Assembly (NCBI GenBank): GCA_963818645.1
Contig: CAWFTF010000025.1
Location: 32,828-96,827, forward strand
DNA: 64,000 bases
Direction: 5' to 3'
Source of the DNA: an uncultured Acidobacteriota bacterium
GTDB lineage: Bacteria > Acidobacteriota > Vicinamibacteria > Vicinamibacterales > UBA2999
Shown here piece after piece: positions 19,731 through 28,800 of the stretch; the first letter of the stretch is position 1, and every line of letters starts with the position of its first letter. Both the position numbers and the translations under genes were made by a program. The notes beneath the pieces were generated by a model. That model saw only the letters and a program-made list of their open reading frames with translations. It ran no database searches and was not told the DNA's origin.

Positions 19731-21698
19731 TCAGGGCAACGCCAGCGCGACGAGCTCGCCTGGATACTGACGTCCTGAGATCCCGACGACGATGTACTGC
19801 TTGCCCTTGGCCATGTAGGTCATCGGCGCATTGCTGACGCCGGCGGGCAATTCCATCTCCCAGACAATCGCACCGGTCTTCTTGTCGAACGCGCGGAACT
19901 TCTTGCCGCCCCACGGACCGCCGGGCGGCAGCCCCACGCCGCTGTCGCTCCCTTCACCCATGAACACGAAGCTCTTGGTGACGAGCGCGGCGAGGCGGCC
20001 GGGCGTGCCGAGCGGTGGCAGGTTGAGTCCCTTGAACGCCGGGTGATTGCGGAGGCCGTCGCCGTTGGCGACCGACCACGCGATGTCGCCCTTGTTCAAG
20101 TCGATCGCGACCAGACGTGAGTACGGCGGCTTGAATGGATCGGGCAGGCCCTGAGGCCCGAACGGCCACGGCGACTGCTGCTTCACGTAGGGGAGCGTCG
20201 ACTCCGGATGCTGCGACTTGCCCAATGCGATGACAGTGGGCATGTGCGCCGACGGCACATACAACATGCCGGTTTCGGGATCGAACGCTGCGCCGCCCCA
20301 GTCCGCGCCGCCGTTCGTTCCGGGCACGAGCAAGAGACCCTTCGGACCGTCGGCGCTTCCAAGCAGGACCGGTGGCGTGTAGATCGGGCCGGTCTTGTAC
20401 TCGCTGACGATCTTCTTCGCTTCGGCCTTGAGTTCCGGCGTGAAGTCGATCAAGTCGTTGTCGGAGACACCCTGCTGATCGAACGCCGGCGGCTTCGACG
20501 GAATCGGCTGCGTCGGTGAGTACCACTCGCCGGGCACGTCCCCTTTCGGCACTGGCTTTTCTTCGATCGGCCACACCGGCTGACCCGTCACGCGATCGAA
20601 CACATACACAAACGCCTGTTTCGACACCTGCGCGACGGCCTTGATTCGTCGTCCGTTGAGCGTGATGTCGCCGAGGACTGGAGCGGCGGGAAGGTCGTAA
20701 TCCCACAAACCATGATGAATGGTCTGGAAGTGCCATACGCGTTTGCCGGTGCGCGCGTCGAGGCAGACGATCGACTCCGCATACAGGTTGTTACCAGGCC
20801 GCGTGCCACCGTAGTAGTCGCCCGTGGCTTCTTCGAACGGCAGGTAGACGTAGCCGAGATCTTCGTCAGCGCTGAGGAGCGACCACGCTCCGCTGTTTCC
20901 TGAGTACGTCCACGAGTCGTCGAGCCACGTATCGTTGCCCGGCTCGCCCTTTCGCGGCACGACGTGGAACGTCCACAGCAGCTTGCCCGTTCGCACGTCA
21001 TACCCACGCACATCGTCGGGAGGCATCTCCTTCGGTGCGCGCGCGCGTTCGTTGAGGATGTCAGTTGCAGGCGAGGGGACACCGGCTACGACCACGACGT
21101 CCTTGACGACGAGCGGTCCGCTGCTCCAGCGCCACCCGGTGATCGTCCGTTCGAACCCTTTCGTCAGGTCGACCTGGCCGTTGTCGCCGAAGTCCGCGTA
21201 TCGTTTTCCGGTCTTGGCATTGATGGCGACGAGATTCGCGCCGACGTTGGTCACGATGCGCGCGTCGCGTCCATCGGTCCAGTACGCGAGGCTCCGCGTG
21301 GCCCCGCCGCGCGCCGGGCCCTGCCCATCCGGGCGAAGTGGAAGGCTGTCGTACCACAGCGTCTTGCCCGTCGTCGGATCCAGCGCGACGACGGCCCCGA
21401 CGGCGGAACTCATATACATCACGCCGCCAACGACGAGCGGTGTGTGCTGGTAGTTGGCCGCCGCTTGCGCATCAGGGAACGTTGGACGCAGTTCCTCAGG
21501 CAGGCCAGAACGTGTCCACGCTACGCGGAGGTTCTTGATGGTGTCTTTGTTGATCTGCTCGAGAGGCGAGTACTTCGTGCTGCCTTTGTCTCCGGCGTAC
21601 GCGGGCCAATCGCGATCGGCGTCAGCGGCACCGCCGGTCAGCGTCCAGACGGCGAGGGCAATAAGGATGAATGGAACCGAAAGAGCCACTTTGCGCAT
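19731..21698 (-). CDS. PQQ-dependent dehydrogenase (quinoprotein, 8-bladed propeller)
   Basis: DWPAYAGDKGSTKYSPLEQI, repeated W-containing propeller blades, signal peptide. Start at ATG 21698 within ORF 19731..21785. Confidence 0.85.
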   Translation of the reverse strand: MRKVALSVPFILIALAVWTLTGGAADADRDWPAYAGDKGSTKYSPLEQINKDTIKNLRVAWTRSGLPEELRPTFPDAQAAANYQHTPLVVGGVMYMSSAVGAVVALDPTTGKTLWYDSLPLRPDGQGPARGGATRSLAYWTDGRDARIVTNVGANLVAINAKTGKRYADFGDNGQVDLTKGFERTITGWRWSSGPLVVKDVVVVAGVPSPATDILNERARAPKEMPPDDVRGYDVRTGKLLWTFHVVPRKGEPGNDTWLDDSWTYSGNSGAWSLLSADEDLGYVYLPFEEATGDYYGGTRPGNNLYAESIVCLDARTGKRVWHFQTIHHGLWDYDLPAAPVLGDITLNGRRIKAVAQVSKQAFVYVFDRVTGQPVWPIEEKPVPKGDVPGEWYSPTQPIPSKPPAFDQQGVSDNDLIDFTPELKAEAKKIVSEYKTGPIYTPPVLLGSADGPKGLLLVPGTNGGADWGGAAFDPETGMLYVPSAHMPTVIALGKSQHPESTLPYVKQQSPWPFGPQGLPDPFKPPYSRLVAIDLNKGDIAWSVANGDGLRNHPAFKGLNLPPLGTPGRLAALVTKSFVFMGEGSDSGVGLPPGGPWGGKKFRAFDKKTGAIVWEMELPAGVSNAPMTYMAKGKQYIVVGISGRQYPGELVALALP

Positions 21699-21724
21699 GG
21701 GGCAAAGTGTAGATCGAAGGGTGG

Positions 21725-22006
21725 CTATTCGACGGGTACGGCGACTGCTTGAGCCTGGTCGGCTGGCTGGGTCGGTGCCGACCATTCGCAGCTGCGGAGT
21801 GCTTCGCGGATATCGGCGAGTGCGCGAACGATCAATCGAAGTTCATCAATGCCGGACGTGCTGCGTGCCTCGAGCACACGTGTCTGCGCCACGTCGTTGA
21901 TGTGAGCGATGGCGGTTTCGATGTGGCGCCTCGCGACGGCGATGCGCTGCACCGGTGAATCGTTCTTGGCGACGATGTGGAGCATCCCGGGTCCTTCAGT
22001 CGTCAC
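21725..22006 (-). CDS. small hypothetical helical protein
   Basis: 93-aa ORF with balanced composition, 27 nt upstream of and co-oriented with the PQQ dehydrogenase. No recognisable family. Confidence 0.45.
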   Translation of the reverse strand: MTTEGPGMLHIVAKNDSPVQRIAVARRHIETAIAHINDVAQTRVLEARSTSGIDELRLIVRALADIREALRSCEWSAPTQPADQAQAVAVPVE

Positions 22007-22347
22007 TGTTTGCGCCTGTCTTCTGCTACGCGCGGTTGTCGGCGTCGGTCATAACCGGTTCGCCGTTCACTATGGGGAATCACCCCACACCCATTCGAGA
22101 GCAACTGCCACCGTGATGAGGTGGGTGAACATTCGGACCACGGGCGGTCAACATTGACCATCACGTCGGGTCTCTGAAACCAACCGAACAGTCTCCGCGG
22201 CGACGGACTTTTTTCTTAGCTTCTCGCTACCTTCCGCTCGGTCTTTCGCGCGGTTATTCCAGAAATCGCGTCGCCATTCCTGAACGTAGCAAGCGGCGCG
22301 CCGCCTGTGTTGACCTTGCACAGCAGCGGCGATAGCCTACGGTCGCC

Positions 22348-23673
22348 ATGTCATCTACGGGACCGAGTTCTCCAGAACGAACCTATCTGTCGGGCTTTGG
22401 AAATGAGTTCGCATCTGAGGCGATCGCGGGTGCGTTGCCGCGGGATCAGAACACGCCGCAGAAGCCGCCAATGGGCCTCTACATCGAAGAGTTGAACGGC
22501 ACCGCGTTCACTGCGCCGCGCGGCGTCAGCCGATCAACGTGGACGTATCGCATCCGGCCGTCGGCGATGCACAAGCCGTTCAAGCCACGCGACCCGCGCC
22601 TGATTCGGAGTGGTCCCTTCAACGAAGTTCCACCGTCACCGAACCAGCTCCGCTGGCGAGCGATACCGATTCCAAAAGAGCCCACTGACTTCGTCGACGG
22701 CATCGTGACGATCGGTGGCAACGGCGACCCTGCGGCTCAGTCAGGTGCAGCAATTCACCTGTACGCGGCCAATCTTTCCATGCGGGATCGGTTTTTCTAT
22801 AACGCCGATGGAGAATTCCTGATCGTCCCGCAATCGGGCGCGATCGTGTTGCATACAGAATTTGGGATCCTCGATGCGCCACCGGGGCATGTGGCATTGA
22901 TTCCGCGCGGCATCAAGTTTCGGGTTGAGCTTCCCGACGGGCCGGCGCGCGGCTTCATCTGTGAGAACTATGGACAGCACCTGAGGTTGCCGGACCTCGG
23001 CCCTATCGGGACGTTCGGCCTCGCGAACGCGCGTGATTTCCAGGCGCCCGCCGCGGGCTTCGAAGATCGTGAAGGCGCCTTCGGCCTGATTGCCAAGTTC
23101 GGTGGCGGGATGTGGGAAGCGGAGATCGATCACTCGCCGCTCGACATCGTCGCGTGGCGTGGCAACTACCTGCCGTTCAGGTACGACCTCTACAAGTTTC
23201 AGTGCATCAACACGGTCACCTTCGACCATCCGGATCCGTCGATCTACTGCGTGCTCGCGTCGCCGACGTCGGTGCCCGGCACATCAAACATGGAGTTCGG
23301 GTGTTTCCCCCCACGATGGACTGTGGCCGAACACACGTTCCGTCCACCACCGTTCCACAGAAACGTCGCGAGTGAGTTCCTCGGGTTGATCGCAGGGAAG
23401 TACATCGGCAAGGGCGATGACTTCGGTCCCGGCAGCGCGAGCCTGCACAACTGCATGTCGGGTCACGGCCCCGATGCCGAGGCGTACGAGCGCGGACGCA
23501 CCGCAGAGCTCAAGCCGCAGTTTTTGGATGACACGCTCGTCTTTCTGTTCGAGACGCAGTTGCCGATTCGTCCGACGCGCTTCGCGCTGGAGACGGATCT
23601 GCTCGAGCGCGACTACTACGCGCACTGGCAGGGACTGAAGAAGAACTTTGGTCCGGTTGGATCCGGACGGTAA
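22348..23673 (+). CDS. hmgA: homogentisate 1,2-dioxygenase
   Basis: [46 protein letters not shown] and full-length (441 aa) HgmA-like sequence. Confidence 0.95.
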   Translation: MSSTGPSSPERTYLSGFGNEFASEAIAGALPRDQNTPQKPPMGLYIEELNGTAFTAPRGVSRSTWTYRIRPSAMHKPFKPRDPRLIRSGPFNEVPPSPNQLRWRAIPIPKEPTDFVDGIVTIGGNGDPAAQSGAAIHLYAANLSMRDRFFYNADGEFLIVPQSGAIVLHTEFGILDAPPGHVALIPRGIKFRVELPDGPARGFICENYGQHLRLPDLGPIGTFGLANARDFQAPAAGFEDREGAFGLIAKFGGGMWEAEIDHSPLDIVAWRGNYLPFRYDLYKFQCINTVTFDHPDPSIYCVLASPTSVPGTSNMEFGCFPPRWTVAEHTFRPPPFHRNVASEFLGLIAGKYIGKGDDFGPGSASLHNCMSGHGPDAEAYERGRTAELKPQFLDDTLVFLFETQLPIRPTRFALETDLLERDYYAHWQGLKKNFGPVGSGR

Positions 23674-23704
23674 TACAATTCGCTCGGCTACGGGCTCACG
23701 GTTC

Positions 23705-23734
23705 TTTGGAGTTGGGAGTTGGAGATTGGGAGTT
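23705..23734. repeat. Class A octamer array, single arm (GGGAGTTG orientation)
   Basis: tttggagttgggagttggagattgggagtt lies between hmgA and the MBL gene. Confidence 0.8.
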
Positions 23735-23751
23735 TTCATAGAGGGGACGCT

Positions 23752-24684
23752 ATGAGACGCACGTATGTGCTCGGCATGATCGTGGTTGCGGGCGTTGTCG
23801 CGGCAGCGGCCGCGAATCTGGGTGCGCAACAACAACCGGCGGCGGGAGGACAGGGTCGTGGTGGTGGCGGTCCGGCACTCGGCAAGATCGAAAAGGTTGC
23901 CGACAATCTCTATTTCATCTTCGGCGCCGGCGGCAACACCGCCGTGTACATCGCTGAGAAGGGTGTCGTCCTCGTCGACACCAAGAACCCTGACAATGGG
24001 CAGGGCATCCTCGATCAGGTGAAGTCGGTCACCGACAAGCCGATCACGCACATCATCAACACGCATACGCACGGCGATCACAACGGGAGCAACGTCTTCT
24101 TTCCGGCGAGCGTAGAGATTGTCTCGCAGGAGAACACCGCGGCGAACATGCAGAAGATGCCGGCGTTTCAGGAGGCGTTGAACAGACACGGTCTTCCCGA
24201 TCGCACCTTCAAGGACAAGATGACGGTGCTTAGCGGGAAGGACGCGATCGACCTGTACTACTTTGGCCCGGCGCACACCAACGGCGACGCCTTCGTCGTG
24301 TTCCGCAACGCGCGCGTCGTCCACGCCGGTGATGCGTTTGCGAACAAGGGTCAGCCGCTCATCGATCGCAACAACGGTGGCAGCGGCATCGCCTACCCGG
24401 AGACGATCGCCAAAGCGGCCAAGGGAATCGGGAAAGTCGACATCGTCATCAACGGGCATTCGCCGGTGACGATGAAGTTCCAGGACCTGGTGGACTACGG
24501 TGAGTTCAACCGGCTGTTCCTCGAGCACGCGCGCGCATCGCTCAAGGCCGGCAAGACGCCGGAGCAGGCGATGATGGATTTGAAACTGCCCGAGAAGTTC
24601 AAGGACTACAACCTGACAGGCGGCCGCGGCGGCCCGGGCGGCAACTTCGGCGTGATCTTCGAAGAACTCAAGGGCGGCAAGTAA
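23752..24684 (+). CDS. secreted MBL-fold metallo-hydrolase
   Basis: Canonical NTHTHGDHNGSN (HxHxDH) motif and a signal peptide. Start at ATG 23752 within ORF 23719..24684. Confidence 0.85.
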   Translation: MRRTYVLGMIVVAGVVAAAAANLGAQQQPAAGGQGRGGGGPALGKIEKVADNLYFIFGAGGNTAVYIAEKGVVLVDTKNPDNGQGILDQVKSVTDKPITHIINTHTHGDHNGSNVFFPASVEIVSQENTAANMQKMPAFQEALNRHGLPDRTFKDKMTVLSGKDAIDLYYFGPAHTNGDAFVVFRNARVVHAGDAFANKGQPLIDRNNGGSGIAYPETIAKAAKGIGKVDIVINGHSPVTMKFQDLVDYGEFNRLFLEHARASLKAGKTPEQAMMDLKLPEKFKDYNLTGGRGGPGGNFGVIFEELKGGK

Positions 24685-24784
24685 GGCTTTATACTCCCCA
24701 CGCATCAGCCGGGTCCCTCACAGGGGCCCGGCATCCCGCAATATCACGTCAACGTAGTGCGCACGCTTCACCGAGGAGGACTCT

Positions 24785-25828
24785 GTGACTCAACCCGCAC
24801 TTGGTCTGCTGTCGAGCGCCATCGTGATGGCGATCGCTCTGGGGTTCATCTCGCTTTTTGACTTCGGGACGTTCGCCGGATGGATCGCGTTCGTGATGCT
24901 CGGCCTTATTCCCATGCAGGTCGTCGCCGTGGTGCTCTGGGGTGGCAACCCTGCGTTCGCAAGCGGGCTGCGTCAGCCAGTGAAGGGCATCGTCCTGGTG
25001 CTGGTAACGGCGATCGCAACGGCTATCATCACTCCGCTGGTCTTCTTGACGGTGGGTGAGGGTGCCGCGCCGCCCGGACCGATCCCCTCACATTACGCTG
25101 TCATCGTCGTGCCGACGACGTTCTGGCTCACGATCATGATGGGTGGGTGGCCGTTCAATCGTGTGAGCTCGAACCCGATCGTTTCCGGTTTACTCACGCT
25201 GGTCGCGGCATACGTCGTGACGTACGTCGTCTTCCGAGTCTTCTTCAACTACGACTTCATGCAGGGCGCGCCGGTGTATCTCCAGTCGGCGCCGAAGGGG
25301 ATGTTCAACGGCGTGTCAGCGCTGGTGTTCTACGTCACGGCGCTCGCCGTCATGTTCCTCGTACTGTGCTTCGATCTCTGGCCGCTCACGTTGTCGCCCG
25401 GAATCATGAAGCAGCCTGTGCTTGGCCTCGTGTGGACGGCAATTGCGCTGATCGGCGCTGCACTTGCGATAACGATCGGGATCAACGGAGCCGGGGCGGA
25501 CCCGATGGCGTTTCTCACCGAGGTCACGGTTCCCTTCATCTTCGGCTCGATCATCGTCCTGAACATGCTGCAGAACTCGCTCTTCGCGCGAATGACGCAG
25601 CCCCTCAAAGGCGTGATGAACGCGATCGCGGCTGCCGCCGTGGGGTTGATACTCGCGCGCCTGTACATCTCGCTGGTGCCGATGGTGTCGGGACCGCTCA
25701 CCTCTGGCCCACCCGGATACGACCGCGAGATCTGGCTCGCCAACGCGCTTCTCAGCGTGACGTTCCCGTTCCTCATCTACCACGCTGTGTTCTTCGGGTT
25801 CTGGCCGCTGCTTCGAGCTAAGCAGTAG
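24785..25828 (+). CDS. hypothetical polytopic membrane protein
   Basis: 347 aa with about 9-10 TM helices, a GTG start and no recognised family. Confidence 0.7.
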   Translation: MTQPALGLLSSAIVMAIALGFISLFDFGTFAGWIAFVMLGLIPMQVVAVVLWGGNPAFASGLRQPVKGIVLVLVTAIATAIITPLVFLTVGEGAAPPGPIPSHYAVIVVPTTFWLTIMMGGWPFNRVSSNPIVSGLLTLVAAYVVTYVVFRVFFNYDFMQGAPVYLQSAPKGMFNGVSALVFYVTALAVMFLVLCFDLWPLTLSPGIMKQPVLGLVWTAIALIGAALAITIGINGAGADPMAFLTEVTVPFIFGSIIVLNMLQNSLFARMTQPLKGVMNAIAAAAVGLILARLYISLVPMVSGPLTSGPPGYDREIWLANALLSVTFPFLIYHAVFFGFWPLLRAKQ

Positions 25829-25854
25829 GCAGTAGGCGGTAGGCCCGTGGAGCG

Positions 25855-25893
25855 CTACGAAGAATTTCGTTGACACTACGAAATCAATCGTAG
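25855..25893. promoter_or_regulatory. Two dyad-symmetric operator candidates plus TTGACA box upstream of blaI-like gene
   Basis: ctACGAAgaatTTCGTtgacaCTACGAaatcaaTCGTAG contains IR1 ACGAA-N4-TTCGT and IR2 CTACGA-N6-TCGTAG. A TTGACA lies at 25870-25875, and the region ends 14 nt before ATG 25907. Confidence 0.45.
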
Positions 25894-25906
25894 GAGACTT
25901 CGGAAT

Positions 25907-26299
25907 ATGGCGCGTCGCCCCACTCCACGGCCCACAGACGCCGAACTTTCCATCCTCCGCGTCCTTTGGGAGCGAGGGCCGAGCACAGTCCGGCAGGTTC
26001 ACGACGTTCTGTCTGCCGACCGCGAGTTCGCCTACACGACCACGCTGAAGCTGCTGCAGTTGATGACGGAAAAGGGCGTCGCCATGCGAGAGGAGCACGG
26101 CCGCGTCCACCTGTACCGCGCGGCTGTCGCACAGGAGGAAACGCAGCGGCACCTGATCCGAGACCTGGTCGATCGCGCCTTTGGCGGCTCGCCCAGTCGG
26201 CTGGTGATGCAGGCCCTTGCCGCGACGCCGGCCTCCGCTGAGGAGTTGCGGGAGATCCGCCGCCTGTTGAAAGAGCACGAGGAGAAGGCCCGTGACTGA
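25907..26299 (+). CDS. BlaI/MecI/CopY family transcriptional repressor
   Basis: Winged-helix N-terminus (TDAELSILRVLWERGPSTVRQVHDVL...YTTTLKLLQLMTEKG), 130 aa, overlapping the downstream M56 gene. Confidence 0.9.
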   Translation: MARRPTPRPTDAELSILRVLWERGPSTVRQVHDVLSADREFAYTTTLKLLQLMTEKGVAMREEHGRVHLYRAAVAQEETQRHLIRDLVDRAFGGSPSRLVMQALAATPASAEELREIRRLLKEHEEKARD

Positions 26300-28046
26300 G
26301 CCGCTGCTCGATACGCCGCTCGTCCAGTCAATCGGCTGGGCGCTGATTCATTTCATCTGGCAGGGGACTGCGATCGGTCTCGCGACCGCCATCGCTCTTC
26401 GACTTCTCGCCGGAGCGCGACCGACGATGCGCTACGCGGTGGGATGTTTCAGCCTCGTGCTGATGCTGATCGTGCCAATTGCCGCGGTGTTCTCCGATCG
26501 CACATCTGATTCCCTGAACGTGGTCTCCGTTACCACAGCGGCCGTCGCCGCTGTGCCATCTCTGCCGATAAATCGTCTGCTGCCCACAACAGTCATCGTG
26601 TGGCTCGCGGGCGTGCTGCTGCTGTCGATTCGGTTGATCGCGGCATGCGCCGGCGTCGAGCGACTAAAGAGAGCCACTCGAGCAGTGGATGCGACGGTCG
26701 CTTTGCGAGTGCAATCGCTCGCACATCGTTTCGGCATCGACAAGCCAGTGCGTGTCTTCGAGTCGGCTCTCGTACGAGTGCCGACCGTCGTCGGCTATCT
26801 GCGACCGGTCATTCTGCTTCCCGCGAGCGTCATCACGGGCCTTGCTCCGGCGTACCTCGATGCCGTGCTCGCCCACGAGCTCGCTCACGTGCGCAGACAC
26901 GATTACCTCATCAACACGCTGCAGTCGCTTGTCGAAACGCTTCTCTTCTATCACCCGGCGGTGTGGTGGTGCTCACGTCAGATTCGAATCGAGCGTGAAC
27001 ACTGCTGCGACGACATGGTGGTCGAGGCCGGAGGCAATCGGGTGGCGTACGCGGCCGCGCTCGCTCAACTGGAAGAATTGAGAGGACTTCAACCCATGCT
27101 CTCGCTCAATGCATCTGGAGGGAGGCTCGTCGATCGCATTCGCCGCCTCCTTGGGGAATCGCCAATGAAGGAGCGCCGATTGACGACATGGACGATCGTC
27201 GCCGCGCTTGCCGTCGTGACCGCTATCGTTGTGACACCGGGCCGCAGCGTCGTCGACGCCAGTGAGCTCGTGCAGGTGCCTGCGCCGCCGACTGCTCCAG
27301 CACCGCTCGCTGGTGTGCGCGCCGCCAGCAAGACGTCTGAGACGGCAGACTGGGCTGACTACGTCCGTGAGACGCAGGCGGCGCTTGACGCGCTTGCCCG
27401 CGAGACGCAGGGAGTCGCGGTGCTTGCCGAACAGGCCGAGCCGCAACCTCAGGCGCAAGCCAGGCCGCAGCCCCAGGCCCAGCCTGCGCCCCAGTCTCAG
27501 GCTCAGCCCGCGCCGCAGCCGCAGCCTCAGCCTCAGCCAGCGCCGCGGCCTCAGGCTCAGCCCAGGCCTCAGCCACCGCTGCCGCCCGTGCCACCGACGC
27601 CTTCCGCCGTCGCTCTGCCACCGGCACCGCCGAGTCTTGCGCCCCTAGCGCCCGCGCCTCCATTACCTCCGAACTCACAGGTCGCGTTACCAGCGCTTCC
27701 GGCACCTCCCGCGCCACCGGCTCCACCCGCGGAGCCACTCGGCCTGGATCCGGACTCGATCCACGAGTTGATCACGAGTGCCACGCAACAGATCGCCGAA
27801 AGCTTTGAGGAGTTGCGCCGCGCCACCGAGGAGGTCGGTCTCAAGCAGGAAGCGATTCGTCAGGCGCAGGCCGAGATAGCGAAGATGCGAATCGAGTCGC
27901 TCACTGCCAAGGCGCAGATCGAAGTCATGCAGAAGACGCTCTCGGAGTTCTCAGCGAAGAGCGCGGCTTCGCAGTTGGATCGCCGAGAGATGCAAAAGCT
28001 GATCGACGAGCTCAGCGCGGAACTCGCGAAGCTGCGCGTTCGCTGA
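26292..28046 (+). CDS. BlaR1/M56 family membrane peptidase-sensor with P/Q/A-rich and coiled-coil C-terminus
   Basis: HELAHVRRHDY zinc motif after 4 TM helices. A C-terminal (PQ/AQ)n low-complexity region (27440-27740) is followed by a heptad-like helix. Confidence 0.9.
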   Translation: MTEPLLDTPLVQSIGWALIHFIWQGTAIGLATAIALRLLAGARPTMRYAVGCFSLVLMLIVPIAAVFSDRTSDSLNVVSVTTAAVAAVPSLPINRLLPTTVIVWLAGVLLLSIRLIAACAGVERLKRATRAVDATVALRVQSLAHRFGIDKPVRVFESALVRVPTVVGYLRPVILLPASVITGLAPAYLDAVLAHELAHVRRHDYLINTLQSLVETLLFYHPAVWWCSRQIRIEREHCCDDMVVEAGGNRVAYAAALAQLEELRGLQPMLSLNASGGRLVDRIRRLLGESPMKERRLTTWTIVAALAVVTAIVVTPGRSVVDASELVQVPAPPTAPAPLAGVRAASKTSETADWADYVRETQAALDALARETQGVAVLAEQAEPQPQAQARPQPQAQPAPQSQAQPAPQPQPQPQPAPRPQAQPRPQPPLPPVPPTPSAVALPPAPPSLAPLAPAPPLPPNSQVALPALPAPPAPPAPPAEPLGLDPDSIHELITSATQQIAESFEELRRATEEVGLKQEAIRQAQAEIAKMRIESLTAKAQIEVMQKTLSEFSAKSAASQLDRREMQKLIDELSAELAKLRVR

Positions 28047-28055
28047 CGCTCGCGC

Positions 28056-28125
28056 GAACTCCCAAGGCGATGCCAACTCCCAACTCCCAAGATTGGGAGT
28101 TGGAAGTTGGGAGTTGGGAGTTGAC
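28056..28125. repeat. Octamer-repeat hairpin, class A
   Basis: gaactcccaaggcgatgccaactcccaactcccaa-ga-ttgggagttggaagttgggagttgggagttgac lies between convergent genes. Confidence 0.85.
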
Positions 28126-28128
28126 GAT

Positions 28129-28800
28129 TTACTTGGCCTGAATATGAATTCCGCACTCGAGCTTCTGGCCCTGCCAGCGGCCCGAGCGCGGGTTCTGCGG
28201 ATCGAACGGCAGTTCCGTGCACGGCTCGCAGCCGATGCTCGTGTAGCCCAGTTCGTACAGCGGCAGCAGTGGAATGTCGTGCGCCTTCGCGTACGCCCAC
28301 ACGTCGCGCGCGGTCCAGCCAGCGATCGGCGCGACCCGGGAAATGGTCCTTCCGGGGAGCTTGAACGGCTCCACTTCTTTCAGGTTCGCGCGTGACGGCG
28401 ACTGATCGCGACGCAGCGCCGTGAACCACGTGTCGTAGCCTTCCAGCGCCGAGAACAGCGGCTCCACCTTGTGACGCTTGCAGCACGCCTCGGTGCTCTC
28501 GGCCTGCCACAGCCCGACGCTCGGCGTCTGCGCCCGAAGGTTGATCAGATTCAGTCCCCACCGCTCCGACAGTTCGTCGCGATACGCCAGCGTCTGCGCG
28601 AAGTGATGGAACGTGTCGAGGAACAGCACGGGGATATCTGGACGAACCTCGCGCAGCATGTGCGTGAGCACCACGCACTCGGCCTGAAAGCTCGACGTGA
28701 TGCACGGTGTCTGCGCGCTACTCAGCGCGCGCTCGATTGTTTGTCTTGCCTGGTCTACGAGTTCCGAATCCCGGACCCCGAGTCCCGAATCCCGGGTCAT
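28129..28800 (-). CDS. cysH: assimilatory adenylylsulfate (APS)/PAPS reductase, Fe-S type
   Basis: ECGIH C-terminal motif plus the CC (EACCKRHKVEPL) and CxxC (GCEPC) cysteine pairs typical of Fe-S APS reductases. The ATG overlaps the cysN stop (ATGA). The first ~12 codons are class B repeat. Confidence 0.9.
   Translation of the reverse strand: MTRDSGLGVRDSELVDQARQTIERALSSAQTPCITSSFQAECVVLTHMLREVRPDIPVLFLDTFHHFAQTLAYRDELSERWGLNLINLRAQTPSVGLWQAESTEACCKRHKVEPLFSALEGYDTWFTALRRDQSPSRANLKEVEPFKLPGRTISRVAPIAGWTARDVWAYAKAHDIPLLPLYELGYTSIGCEPCTELPFDPQNPRSGRWQGQKLECGIHIQAK

Noticed and set aside
27440-27740. Independent DNA repeat element in the PQ/AQ-coding region
   Set aside because: The periodicity is codon-based (CAG/CCN/GCN). 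It stays in frame within the BlaR1-like ORF and encodes a low-complexity linker, so it is not a separate element.
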